From NCBI GenBank assembly GCA_964247055.1, contig OZ176058.1, positions 124,001-188,000 on the forward strand: a stretch of DNA of 64,000 nucleotides, given 5' to 3'. The notes beneath the pieces were generated by a model, which saw only the letters and a list, made by a program, of their open reading frames with translations, had not been told where the DNA came from and ran no database searches. This DNA is from Paragordius varius (lineage: Eukaryota; Animalia; Nematomorpha). This document shows, piece by piece, positions 1-12,700 of this stretch. How positions within the stretch are numbered: the first letter of the stretch is position 1; the number at the start of each line of letters is the position of its first letter. Both the position numbers and the translations under genes were made by a program.

Positions 1-41
1 CACTTTTGTGTACCGAAAAAAAAGCTTGTTGGACATCCCTG
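1..41. mobile_element. Possible hAT-type element terminus
   Basis: ...TTGTTGGACATCCCTG; the reverse complement CAGGGATGTCCAAC resembles hAT CAGGG termini. The other end is outside the window. Confidence 0.35.
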
Positions 42-651
42 TTTTTTTTTAAATTTCATTGTCAAATCTTGTCCTGATATCAAAAAATTATAATTAAGTT
101 TTTAAAATCTGTATAATTTCAATTTTTACCATATAAATAGGTTGTATCGCTAAAATTAAGCTTTAAAAAAGTGTAATTGTCTTTAATGAAAAATAATATT
201 CTTTATGGTTTATGTTGATTGTATAATTTCATTTTTACTGTATATTATAACCCCTCGCATTTTTTAAAAAATATTTGAAATATTAATATTTACTTCTTAC
301 AAATAACTTAATTTATTTTTTTATAAAAAAGGAAACATAATTGTACTTGCAGGGTTAATTAAAATTTCTAATGCCAGATATTTTATAAACGTGGATTGCA
401 AATTTATTTTTTCATAATAAATATTTAAAAAAATCAAAATTCAATATCCATAAATAAAAGATCAGATAAGAAAATTGTGTATATTATAAAATTAAATATA
501 TATTAATAAATTATATATTTTTTTTGACAAACAATAAAAATTGGAGAAAAGAAAAAAATGTAAAAACAATTTTTTTTGAAGACAGCCCCATTTTTATATT
601 TAAAATATATTGATTTTTCCAACATAAACCCTTTAACAATTTAAAATGATA

Positions 652-1614
652 TACCATACAATTCGAATTCCCCTTTAACATTTCAAATTCACTTTTTTCT
701 AACAATTTAAATTCACCCTTTAATGATTCAAATTTCACCCTTAAAATTCAAATTCACCCATAAATTCACCCTTAAATTCACCCTTGAACAATTCAAATTC
801 ACCCTAAAATGAATTATAAATTTTCAGGCTATTATATCCTCATTAATATGAAATATAACTTTAAGGCATTTTATCTATTTTTCAATATTTAATAATTTTA
901 AACAGAATTTCTTTTTTAAATAAAATAAAATATAAATAATATTTAATCATAAAAAACACATAATTTATTCAAGGAATTTAAATTGTTCAAAGGTAAATTT
1001 AAATAAGTGTAAATTTATTGGTCGAGGGTTGAATTGTTCAAGGGTGAATTTAAATTGTTCAAGGGTGAATTTGAAGGTGAATTTGAATTGTTTAAGGATG
1101 AATTTGAATAGTTCAAGGGGTGAATTTGAATTGTTCAAGGGTAAATTTAAAATCGAGGGTGAATTTGAATAGTTCAAAATTTGAATTGTTCAATGGTAAA
1201 TTTGAATAGCTCAAGGGTGAATTTTTATTGTTCAGGGTTGAAATTGAATTCTTCAAGGGTGAATTTAATCTTAAAAAACACTTAATTTATTTTTAGGGTG
1301 AATTTGAATTCAAGAGAGATTTTGAATTGTTCGAGGGTGAATGTGAATTGTTCAATGGTAAATTTGAATAGCTCAAGGGTTTTTTATTTTCAAGGGTGAA
1401 TTTGAATTGTTTATGGGTGAATTTAAAACGTAAATGGTAAATTTGAATAGTTCAAGGGTGAATTTGAATTGTTAAAGGGTGAATTTGAATTGTTCAAGGG
1501 TGAATTTGAATTGTTCAAGGGTTTTGAATAGTTCAAGGGTAAATTTTAATTGTTAAAGGGTGAATTTCAACAGTTCAAGGGTGAAATAAGGGTGATTTAG
1601 AAGTGTAAGTGGTA
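652..1614. mobile_element. MITE family 2 copy with greatly expanded subrepeat arms
   Basis: TACCATACAATTCGAATT left end; AATTCACCC subrepeats at 690-810; more than 20 GGGTGAATTTGAATTGTTCAA units at 980-1590; TGTAAGTGGTA right end. Confidence 0.7.
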
Positions 1615-1821
1615 TTTTTGAAAAAATTTAATTTGAAAAGTATGTTGGTTGTCTTTTAGAAAAGAATTTTTGTTTTTATATTTTTAAGTTTTGTCTGTAT
1701 AATTCGCTCAATTTTTACTATAAAATATAATTATACTAATATTTAATTTTTAAATCAATATTAATAAATGCACACAAATTTATTGATAAATCCATAATTC
1801 AAAATGAATTCAAAAAATTCG

Positions 1822-1823
<2 letters not shown>

Positions 1824-1891
<68 letters not shown>
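1824..1891. repeat. (TA)n microsatellite, probably in the FHOD 3' UTR
   Basis: About 34 TA units 155 bp past the stop codon. Other (TA)n tracts at about 3742, 18912, 20509, 24221, 34047, 42033, 43364, 44157, 47066, 51023, 53315, 56882. Confidence 0.9.
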
Positions 1892-1895
<4 letters not shown>

Positions 1896-2045
1896 TAATA
1901 AAATAATTTAAAACAAATTAATGAAAAAAGGACCAGATAGTATAAATTAAAATGTATAATTGTAATAAATAATATATTTTTAAATAATTATATATAATAA
2001 AATTTAAAAAAAAAATAAAAAATTGAAAAAAAAAATAAAATTAAA

Positions 2046-2299
2046 TTATCGTTTAACATTGAAAGAACGTCTACCAATATTATTAACATTGAAATTTTCA
2101 TTGTAAGAAACATTTTTATTTTTATTTTTATTATAATTTGTCAGCTGTTTTGTGGCGCCAACCAAACTATTTTGAGTGCAAACAGCTGATGATATTAAAC
2201 AGCTGAGCAGATCATCTGATTTTGCGGTTTCAGAAATTTTATTATAATAAGTTGGTGATTTTCGATAAAATGGTACGCTTGGTGACGATGAGTTTGAAT
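2046..2299 (-). CDS. FHOD: FHOD exon 26, terminal (DAD-like [11 protein letters not shown] ... GRRSFNVKR*)
   Basis: TTAG|AT ... CGA TAA; 254 nt; DAD core followed by a basic tail. Confidence 0.88.
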
Positions 2300-3746
2300 C
2301 TAATTAAATTTAAATTTTATGAAAAAAAATTATTAAAAAGTTAAAAAAAATTAAATTAAAAAAATTTATTTTTTTGAATTATTAAAAATTTAAAATATAT
2401 TGAATTATTTAAAAAAAATCAATTTTTATAAAAAAATATTATTAAAAAAAATTAAAAAAAGAAAAAAATTACTAAAAAATTATTAAAAAATTTAAATAAT
2501 TAAAAAAAATTAAAAAAGTTAAAAAATTAAAATAAATAAATTTTAAAAAAAATTAAAAAATTTAAAAAGTTAAATAAAATTTAAATTAGAATTTATTTTT
2601 TAGAAAAAAAAATATTAAAAAATTTAATATTTCTAATTTTTTATATAAAAAATATTAAAAAATTTTGAAAAATTTTGAGAAGTTGAATAAACTCTATTTA
2701 AAAAAAAATTATTTAAAAAATATTTTTTAAAAAAAATTAAAATGAATATAAAATGTAAAATTTATTTTAAAAAAATTATTAAAAAACAGAAAAAATAAAA
2801 AAGTTCAAAAATGAATAATATATAAATATAAAGAAAAAATTTAATAAATAATTTAAAAATTAAAAAATATTAAATTTAAAAATAAAAAATTCAAAAATTA
2901 TTAAATTATAAAGTTAAAAAAATAAAAAAAAATATTTTAAAAATTTAAAAAAAATAAAAAAAATTATTAAAAAATTTGAATATTAAAAAATTTAGAAAAA
3001 ATTAAATTAAACATTTTAAAATGAAAAATTATTAAAAAAATGTATAAAAAAGTTAAAAAGCAAAAAAAAATTATTAAAAAACATTAAAAAAACATTGAAA
3101 AAATTTAAAAAAACTCTAATTTTAAATAAATAATAATTTAAAAAAAAAATTTATTTAAAATCAATAAAAAATTAAAAAATTATTAAGAAAAATTATTTTA
3201 AATTTTATGAATTGTAGAATAGTTTATGAATTTAAAATATTTAAAAGGTTAAAAAAAAAAATATTTTAAAATAAAAAAAGTTAAAAAGATTTAAATTTTT
3301 AAAAAATATTAAAAAATGTAAAAAAATAAAAAAAATATATTGAAAAAAATAGTTTTTTTAGATATTTATATTTTTTACTGTAATATAGTAAAAACAAAAT
3401 ATACGGAAGTACAAAATGTGAAAATATAAAGACAAATATTTTTTTCTTAAAAACTGCCTTACTTTTTTAATCTTTATTTTAAAAAATATAACTAATAATT
3501 TAAAACAATATTAATTAAAGATATATATTGGTAATACAATCAATTCTTTATATATAAGAATTGTAATAAATAGCTTATATGAAAAAATCTAAAAAAAATA
3601 TGGTTGTCTTTTGAAAAAAATGTGTATTAATATATTTTTATAGTAAAAACTGAAATTATACGGACAAAACGCGTAAAAATTTAAAGACAAAAAATGTTTT
3701 CTATTAAACAACCTCATACTTTATAACTCATTGTAAAAATTATAAA

Positions 3747-3777
<31 letters not shown>

Positions 3778-6700
3778 TGGTAATACAATCAATTTTATAT
3801 ATATAAGAATTGTAATAAAATAGTTTATATTAAAAACTAAGGTTTTAAAAATTTGATGTTTATTAAAAAATATTTGTTTTTAAATTTCCACGTTTTGTCC
3901 GTATAATTTCAATTTTACTGTAATTATAATCGTAATATACATAATTGATAACTTTTTTATACTTTGCAGTTTAAAACAATGAGTTATATTTAAAAAAAAA
4001 ATGATTTAAAAAGTATGGTTGGTTTTCTTTTAGAAAAAAATTTTATTTATAAAAATGTTTTAATATTTTGTCCGTATAATTTAGTTTTACTGTAAAATAA
4101 AAAATTATTTTTAATACTAATAACACTAATAAACAAGGTTTTAAAAATTTGAAGATATATTATAAAAAAAATATCTGTCTTTATATATTTACGTTTTGTC
4201 CGTATAATTTCAATTTAACTGTAAAATCGTTTAACTTTAATAGCAATAAAAAAGACAAGGTTTTAAAAAATTGATTATATATTTTAAAAAATTTTTATTT
4301 ATTAATAATTTTTACGTTTTGTCCGTATAATTTCAATTTTTACTGTAATTATAATCGTAAAATACATAATTTATAACTTTTTTATACTTTGCAGTTTAAA
4401 ACAATGAGTTATGTTGAAAAAAATCATTAATAAAATTTAATGATATATTATAAAAAAAATATTTATTTACTAATATTTTTAAGTTTTGTCCGTATAATTT
4501 CAGATTTTACTGTAATTATAATGGCAAAATACATAATTGATAACTTTTTTATACTTTGTAGTTTAAAACAATGAGTTTTATTCAAAAAAAAATAAATTTA
4601 AAAAGTATGGTTGGTTTTTTTTTCGAAAAAAAATATTTGTCTTTATATTTCCACGTTTTGTCCGTAAAATTTCAATTTTTATTGTAATTATAATCGTAAA
4701 ATATTTTTAAGTTTAATAATAAAAAAGACAAGGTTTTATAAATTTAATTTTATATTTTAAAAAAAATAGTTTATTAATATTTTTATGTTTTGTCCGTATA
4801 ATTTCAATTTAAACTGTAAAATAAAATATTTTTAATATTAATAGCAATAAAAAAACAAGGTTTTATATATCTGATATATTATAAAAAAATATTTTTTAAG
4901 TTTTTATGTTTTTACGTATTGTCCGTATAATATTAGTTTTATATAAAATTATAAATAAAAAAATATTTTTAACTTTAATAGCAATAAAAAATTAAGGTTT
5001 TATAAATTTGATGTTTATAAAAAAATATTTGTTTTTATAAATATATTTTTACGTTTTGTCCGTATGATTTCAATTTTTACTGTAAAATAAAAAAATATTT
5101 TTAATTTTAATAGCAATAAAAAAGTCAAGGTTTTATGAATTTATTGATATATTATAAAAAAATATTTGTCATTATAAAAATTTTAACATTTTGTCCGTAT
5201 AATTTTAGTTTTTACTGTAAAATCACTAAAAAAATTAATTTTAACATTAATAGCAATAAAAAAGACAAGATATATAAATATGATATTTATTAACAAATAT
5301 TTGTCTTAATATTTTTTCGTTTTGTCCGTATAATTTCAATTTTTACAGTAAAATCGAAAAATATTTTTAATTTTAATATCAATAAATAAACAAGGTTTTT
5401 AAAAATTTAATGATATATTATAAAAATATTTGTCTTTATATTTTAACATTTTGTCCGTATAATTTCAATTTTAAAAATATTTTAATTCTTAAATTTATTA
5501 AAAACCTAAATAATTCCAATTTTAAAAATATTCAAAATTTAATTTTCTTAAATATAAATAATTATTCAAAAATATATTAAAACTTACTCCCTAACAAGAT
5601 ATTTTGAAGTGCTTTATCAGCTGATGTCATACAACCGCTCGCTGAAAGGTTGCGATCATGTGATATTTTATTATTAATATTTTTAAAATTATTTTCAATT
5701 TGATTATTTTTATTATTATTATTGCTATTATTTATAAAACTTTTTAAACTTAATTTGGCATTTTGAGATGGCGTATTTTGTGTAAAAGAGTTTCTTTCAA
5801 AGCCATTATTTTTTTCATTACAAATATTAAAATTGCTATTTTTCCTTGCAGAACTCTTCATAGGTTCAGTCACGATTACCTGATTTTCATCAAGGGCCAA
5901 ACTCAAAAAAGCTCCATTTGTTTCAATATAAGCATTTCCACCATTTGTAATATTAGAGCGGAAGGAAGTAGCTATTGATGTGGGTATTTTTTTGATTGAC
6001 TAAAAAATATAAATTGAAAATTTTTTAAAAATTTAATATTTTTAATTTTTTTAAAAGTTTTTATTTATAAATTGAAAATAATTTTAAATTTATAGAAAAT
6101 TTTTATATTTATTTTTAAGTTGAATTATTGAGAAATAATTTATAAGTTTAAAAATTTTAAAAAATAATAAGATAAAAAGTTTTGAAATGCTTTTTTTATA
6201 AGAATTTTATCAAAAATATATAATATATGAAAAATATTAACTTTGATTAACTTAAAAGTTAAAAATAATATTTTCACATGAAAAACAATTTTATTTATTG
6301 ATATTTTTATGAAATATAGATACATCAAGCATTTTTTATTTTATATTGAAATATAGTTACTTTATATGATAAAATTTATTAAGAAGTCAGATTTAAAAGC
6401 TTATAGAGTTTCGCCATTTATAGCTTAATATAAATGATTTAAATTACTATATTTTCGAAAAATTTGCTATGGATTATTTAATAAAATCTTTTAATATGTT
6501 TTATATTTTTTTTTTCAAAAAAATGAAACATATAATATTGATTACATCTATAATTATTTCCCGCTTTAGAGATTATTAATTACCAATCAAATAATTATTT
6601 ATATATTTAATACAATAATCCTTTACAAGCTTTTGTTCTTTAAAAAAATTTTATTTCGATCAAATTCTAAAATATACTTATTTTCACAAAATTCGCATAA

Positions 6701-9700
6701 TAATTTTTTTTACAATTTTATTTTTCCCGGGATAAGGTTTTACCTTATTAGTTATTTCCAACATTCTAATTTACAGTAAAAACCGAAATTTTACTATGGA
6801 CAAAACGTAAAAATATAAAAGACAATATTTTTTTCAAAAGACAACTATACTTTTTAATTTTTTATTTTTAAAAATATAACTCATTGTTTAAAATGACAAA
6901 ATGTAATATAGAGATATATAAATAACTAACACAATCAATTTTATATTTTACAATTGTAATTTAATAGCTAATAGTAGTAATATTAAGGTTTAAAAAAGTA
7001 TAGTAGTCTTTTTAATAAATACATTTATCTTTATATTTTTACGTTTTGTCCGTATAATTTTAATCTCAAATTAATTTTTTTTAATATTTAAAAACGATTA
7101 TTTTTTAAGTCGCTTATCTTTATAAAAAAAAATCAAAAAACATACTAATCTATAACTTTTTTCTTACATCAATTATCATTTTTCCACGCGTTAAGTTTCG
7201 TTCTTTGGAAATTTCTGGGATTTAAAAATTATAAAATTCTTCCATCAAATTTGGGTTTTAAAGATATTTCCACAAAATAATACTTTATAATAACAAAATT
7301 TATATTTTTAAATAACAAAATTTTTAAAAATTACGAATAATAAAAATTTGTCTTACATCAATTATCATTTCGCGGGTTAAGTTTCGTTCCTTTGAATTTT
7401 TTATTTCCGGGATTTTTAGTTTTAAAAAAATATCCTCAATTTGGTTTTTTAAAGATTATCAATAATAAATTTTTTAAAATAATCATTAAATTTTTAAACA
7501 AAATTTTTTACAAAAATTAGGAAATTTGAAAAATATTAAATATATTTAAATTTCAAAATTATATAAAAATTTATAATATGCATACATCAATTATCATTTT
7601 TCCACGTGTTAAGTTTCGTTCCTTAGAAATTTGTTTTTTCTTTAGGGATTCCAATATATTTAAAAAAAAAGGAATATTTTTAAATATTTTTTAATATCAA
7701 AATTTATATTTTTAAATAACAAAATTGTTAAAAATTACGTAAAATGATAAAAAAAAATTTGAATTTTCCTTACATCAATTATCATTTTTCCACGGGTTAT
7801 TCGTTCTTTGGAAATTTGTTTTTTTCTTAAGGGATTCCAATATTTTTAAAACAATTTTTGAAAGCACAAATTAATATAGATTTTTTTAAAAATCTTAAAA
7901 AATATTAAAATTCTAAAAATATTTTTGAATTATTTCTTACATCAATTATCATTTTTCCACGGGTTAAGTTTCGTTCTTTGGAATTTTTTTTTCTTAAGGG
8001 ATTTTAAAACTTTATTATTTAAACTAATTTTTTTACAAAACATAAAAATTACATAATAATTTATAACTTTTTTCTTACATCAAAAATCATTTTTCCACGC
8101 GTCAAGCTTCCTTAGAATTTTTTAATTCTGGGATTTTATAATTTATACTAAATTTTTTTAATAAAAAAATAAAATTTGAAAATTTTTTTTTAAAAATCGT
8201 AAAAAATATTAAAATTTTCAAAAAATTTACTTATTTTTCTTACATCAATTATCACTTTTCCACAAATTAAGTTTTGTTTTTTTAATAGTTTTTTGTTACA
8301 TTTAATGTTTTCAATTTAAAATATATTTTCGATATTTCACAAAATTCAATATTTAAATTCTACAAAATTAACTAATTTTAAAAAAATTAACTTTATTTTC
8401 CTTACATCAATTATCATTTTTCCACGGGTTAAGTTTCGTTCCTTGGAAATTTGTTTTTTCTTAAATTTTAAAATTTTATTATAACTAATTTTTTTTACAA
8501 AACATAGGAATTAATTTAAATTTTTTTATAAAATTCTCAAAAAATATTTATAATTTTAAATAATCAATAACTTATTTTTCCTTACATCAATTATCATTTT
8601 TCCACGGGTCAAGCTTCCTTAGATTTCTGGGATTTGAAAATTTTAAAATTTATACTGAATTTTTTTCATTAAAAAAATAAAATTAAATTCTAAAAAAATT
8701 AACTTATTTTTCTTACATCAATTATCATTTTTCCACGCGTTAAGTTTCGTTCTTTGGAAATTTGTTTTTTCTTAAGGGATCTTTAAATTTTAAAAAATTT
8801 ATTCTATCAAATTTGGTTTTCAAAGATTTTTTTCAATTATTAATTTTAAATAATTATTAAATTTTTAAATACTCATTGGTTTAAATAACAAAATTTTTCA
8901 AAATTTATATTCTAAATATTTTTGATTTATCCTTACATCAATTATCATTTTTCCACGCGTTAAGTTTCGTTCTTTGGAAATTTGTTTTTTCTTCAGGGAT
9001 TCCAATATTTTTTCTCTTACAGTTTTGTATTCGAGAGCAAAATCCGTTATAATTCGACAAAATTTTGTAATGCCAAGGAAGGCGCCCCCTATATCAGGTG
9101 ATCTGATTGCTGAATTATTTCCCCCACTGCTGGGTATAATTGGTATTCCGAAAAATTCTTGCAATAATCGTTTATATCTAGGATTTAACAAAAATTTAGA
9201 AAAATATTTTTAAAAATATGTTTTTTTAAGTAGTTTTTGTGAAAAAATTTTATTAAATGATTTTTTGTTATTTAATATATTTATAGTGAAAGGTAATTTG
9301 TAGAATATTATATTCTTCTTTGATAATCATATGAAATATTGCTTGTGTTTTAAAAAATATATAGATATTAAAAGTAATCTTTATTTCAATTTAAGTTATT
9401 TACAGTTAAAAAATTCAATAATTATATGGAAGGACAAAACGTAATATAAAGAAAATATTTTTTTCTAAAAGATAACCTAACATACTTTTTAAATCTTGAT
9501 TTTTTATCAATATAACTCATTGTTTTAAACAAAAAAGTATAATATAGAAATGTTAATTGATAACACAATCAATTATGCATTTTAAGATTTTAATTAAATG
9601 TTTTTATAAGATAAATTAAGGTTTAAATAAAGTATGGTTGTCTTTTGAAAAAAAAATTTGTCCGTATATTTTTACTGTAAATTTTTATAATTTAAAGTAT

Positions 9701-12700
9701 TGTTTAAAAAAAGATGGTTCGTATATTTTTACATATTTTACCAAAAAAAAACAATATATAAATACTCATGGAAAATATTTTTTTAATTATATATCAAAGG
9801 TGTACTTAAAAATAATGTTTTGTAAATAATCATATATAATATATATTAATATTTTAAATTACATTTTTTAAAAAAGAAATTTTTTTTTTAAAAAATCAAA
9901 AATTCATTATAAATATTATTAATAATTTTAAATTGAAAATTATTTTTATATTCATTATTAAATTTAACGAAAATATAAATGTATATAATATTTTAATTAA
10001 TTACTTTTTTTAAAAAAAATTTATTTTTTTAAAAAATCAAAAATTTATTATAAATATTATTAATAATTTTAAACTGAAAATTATTAAATTTTTTTATTTT
10101 ACCAAAAGGTTATAAATATTGTAAAATAAATATTTTCAAATATATATAATTTATAAAAAAATATATAAAATATATAAGAATAAAAAAAATAAAAAAATAA
10201 AATAAAAATTAACCGATTTAAAAGCCTTCGATGGACAATTTGTAAAACCATTATACGACCAGCACAATCATTCAAAAATTCGGACATTCTGACAAAAAAA
10301 ATAAAATAAAATTTTATTTTAAAATAAAAAAAAAATAAAATTTATTTTACTTTAAAAATATTTAAAAATTACTAATAATCATTTAAAATAAAATTTAAAA
10401 AGAAAATTTAAATATTATTTGTGATATTTATTGGAAATCGTAAATATTGAAAATAAATCAAATAGTGACTAAAAAATTATATAATATAAAAAAAAATAAA
10501 ATTATTAAATAATTTAAAATAAAAATTAAGAAAATGAACAAATTTAGAATATATTTATAATATAATAAAAATTATATTCATTTAACTAAAAAAATAATTT
10601 ATCTAAGCACAATCATTCAAGAATTCGCAAATACTGACAAAAAAATAAAATTTATTTTACTTTTAAAATAATTATATTTACTAAAAAATAATTTAAAATA
10701 AAAATTAAATATTTTAAATATTATTTATGATATATTGAGAATATTGTAAATATTTAAAAATAAATCAAATATTAAGTATAAAAATAAATAATATAGAATA
10801 AAAATTAAAAATAAACAAATTTAAATATTATTTATGAAATATATTGAAAATTGTTTGTAAATATTCAAATATAAATCAAATTTTAGCTAAAAAAATAATT
10901 TATCCAAGCACAATCATTCAAGAATTCGGACATTCTGACAAAAAAATAAAATTTATTTTATTTTTAAAATATGAAAAATTACTAAAAATTCATTTTAAAT
11001 TAAAATTAAAAAAAACAAATTTAAATATTATTTATGAAATATATTGGAAATTTTAAATTATATAAATATATAAAAAATCAAATTTTAACTAAAAAAATAA
11101 TTTATCTAAGCAAAATCATTCAAGAATTCGGACATTCTGACAAAAAAATAAAATTTATTTTACTTTTAAAATATTTAAAAATTACTATATATATACATTA
11201 AAATTATATATTTTTTTAAAAAATTAACAAATTTAGATATTATTTATGATATATATTTAAAACTGTTTGTAAAAATTCAAAACAAATCAAATTTTAACTA
11301 AAAAAATATTTTATAAGATTAAAAATTTTAAATGATAAAAAATAATTATCATAACCCTTAAAACATTTGAAATAAAATAAAATCAAAATAAATCAAATAT
11401 TAACTAAAAAAATAGTATATATAAAATAATTCCACATTATATTAAATAATTAACATACACTTTGAAATATTTGAAATTTTATATATTCAAATATAAATCA
11501 AATAATAAAACTAAAAAAATAATTTATATAAAATATATAATCAAATTAATACAATATAATTAACATAAGCTTTGAAATATAAAAATAATAAAAAAAAATC
11601 AAATTTTGAGTATAAAAATAATTTATTTAAAATATATAATCAAAATAATACAAAATAATTTAAATAAGCTTTAAAATATTTGAAATTTAAAATAATCAAA
11701 ATAAACCGAATATTAACTCCTAAAAATAATTAATTTACTTTTAAAATGGAAGTAAATTTTTTTCTAAATTAAAAGCTTAATTTTTTTAAAAAAAAATTTA
11801 ATATTTTTTATTTTTAAAAAAAGTTTTTTTTGAATTGAAAACATTTATTATCTTAACAAAAAATAATATTTTTTAAATTATTTTTTGTATAAAAATATTA
11901 ATTTTTTAATTAATTATTTGTATTTTGATATTAATTATATATAAAAAAATAATTTATTTTGAAATTAATTATAATGAAAATATAACTTCCTAACAAAAAA
12001 AATGATTTTTTTAATTATTTCTTGAATTTAAAAAGCTTAATTTCTTAAAAAAATATGTTTTTATTTAAATTTATTTTTAAAAAAAAGTTTTTTATAGTTA
12101 TTTCTTATTTTTTAATTTATTTTTTAAAAAATAAAAAAATTACCTAATTTTTAGAACCGGACCAGTCTCATACTTGAAATTACAAATCATCAAAATAAAC
12201 CGAATATTAACTCCTAAAAATAATTTACTTAAATAGAAATGTTAATTTTTCTTCTGATTTAAAAAAGCTTAATTTTTTTTTTAAAAAAATATACTTTTTA
12301 AATAAAATTTTTTTATTTTACATTTATTTTTTAATTAATTTTACCTAATTTGAAATTAATTTTATAAAGTAATATTTCATCTAAATCAATAATTTTAATT
12401 TCTTAAAAAAAAATAATATTTTTTTAATTATTTTTTTTTAAAATAAATTTCTCAAAAAATAATTATAATAATTTCTTAACAAATATATCTTTTTTTATAT
12501 TTATAAAAATAAATTTTTTTATTTTTTAAATTAAATTATTATAAAATATTAATTTTTTTACCTAATTTTTAGAACCGGACCAGTTTCATACTTAACGATT
12601 GCTTTCAAATGATTCCAGGAATCTTTACACAACTGTTCAGTTTTCTTGAGCGTATTTTCTAATTCTTCGAAATCAACCTATAAAAATAAATTTTTTTTTA

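Noticed and set aside
511-1177. ORFs 511-738 and 965-1177 (FKFTLEQF repeats)
   Set aside because: They are translations of the MITE-2 21-bp minisatellite, with no splice or homology support.
5763-9213. Plus-strand ORFs 5763-5978 and 8974-9213
   Set aside because: They are antisense shadows of FHOD exons 25 and 24.
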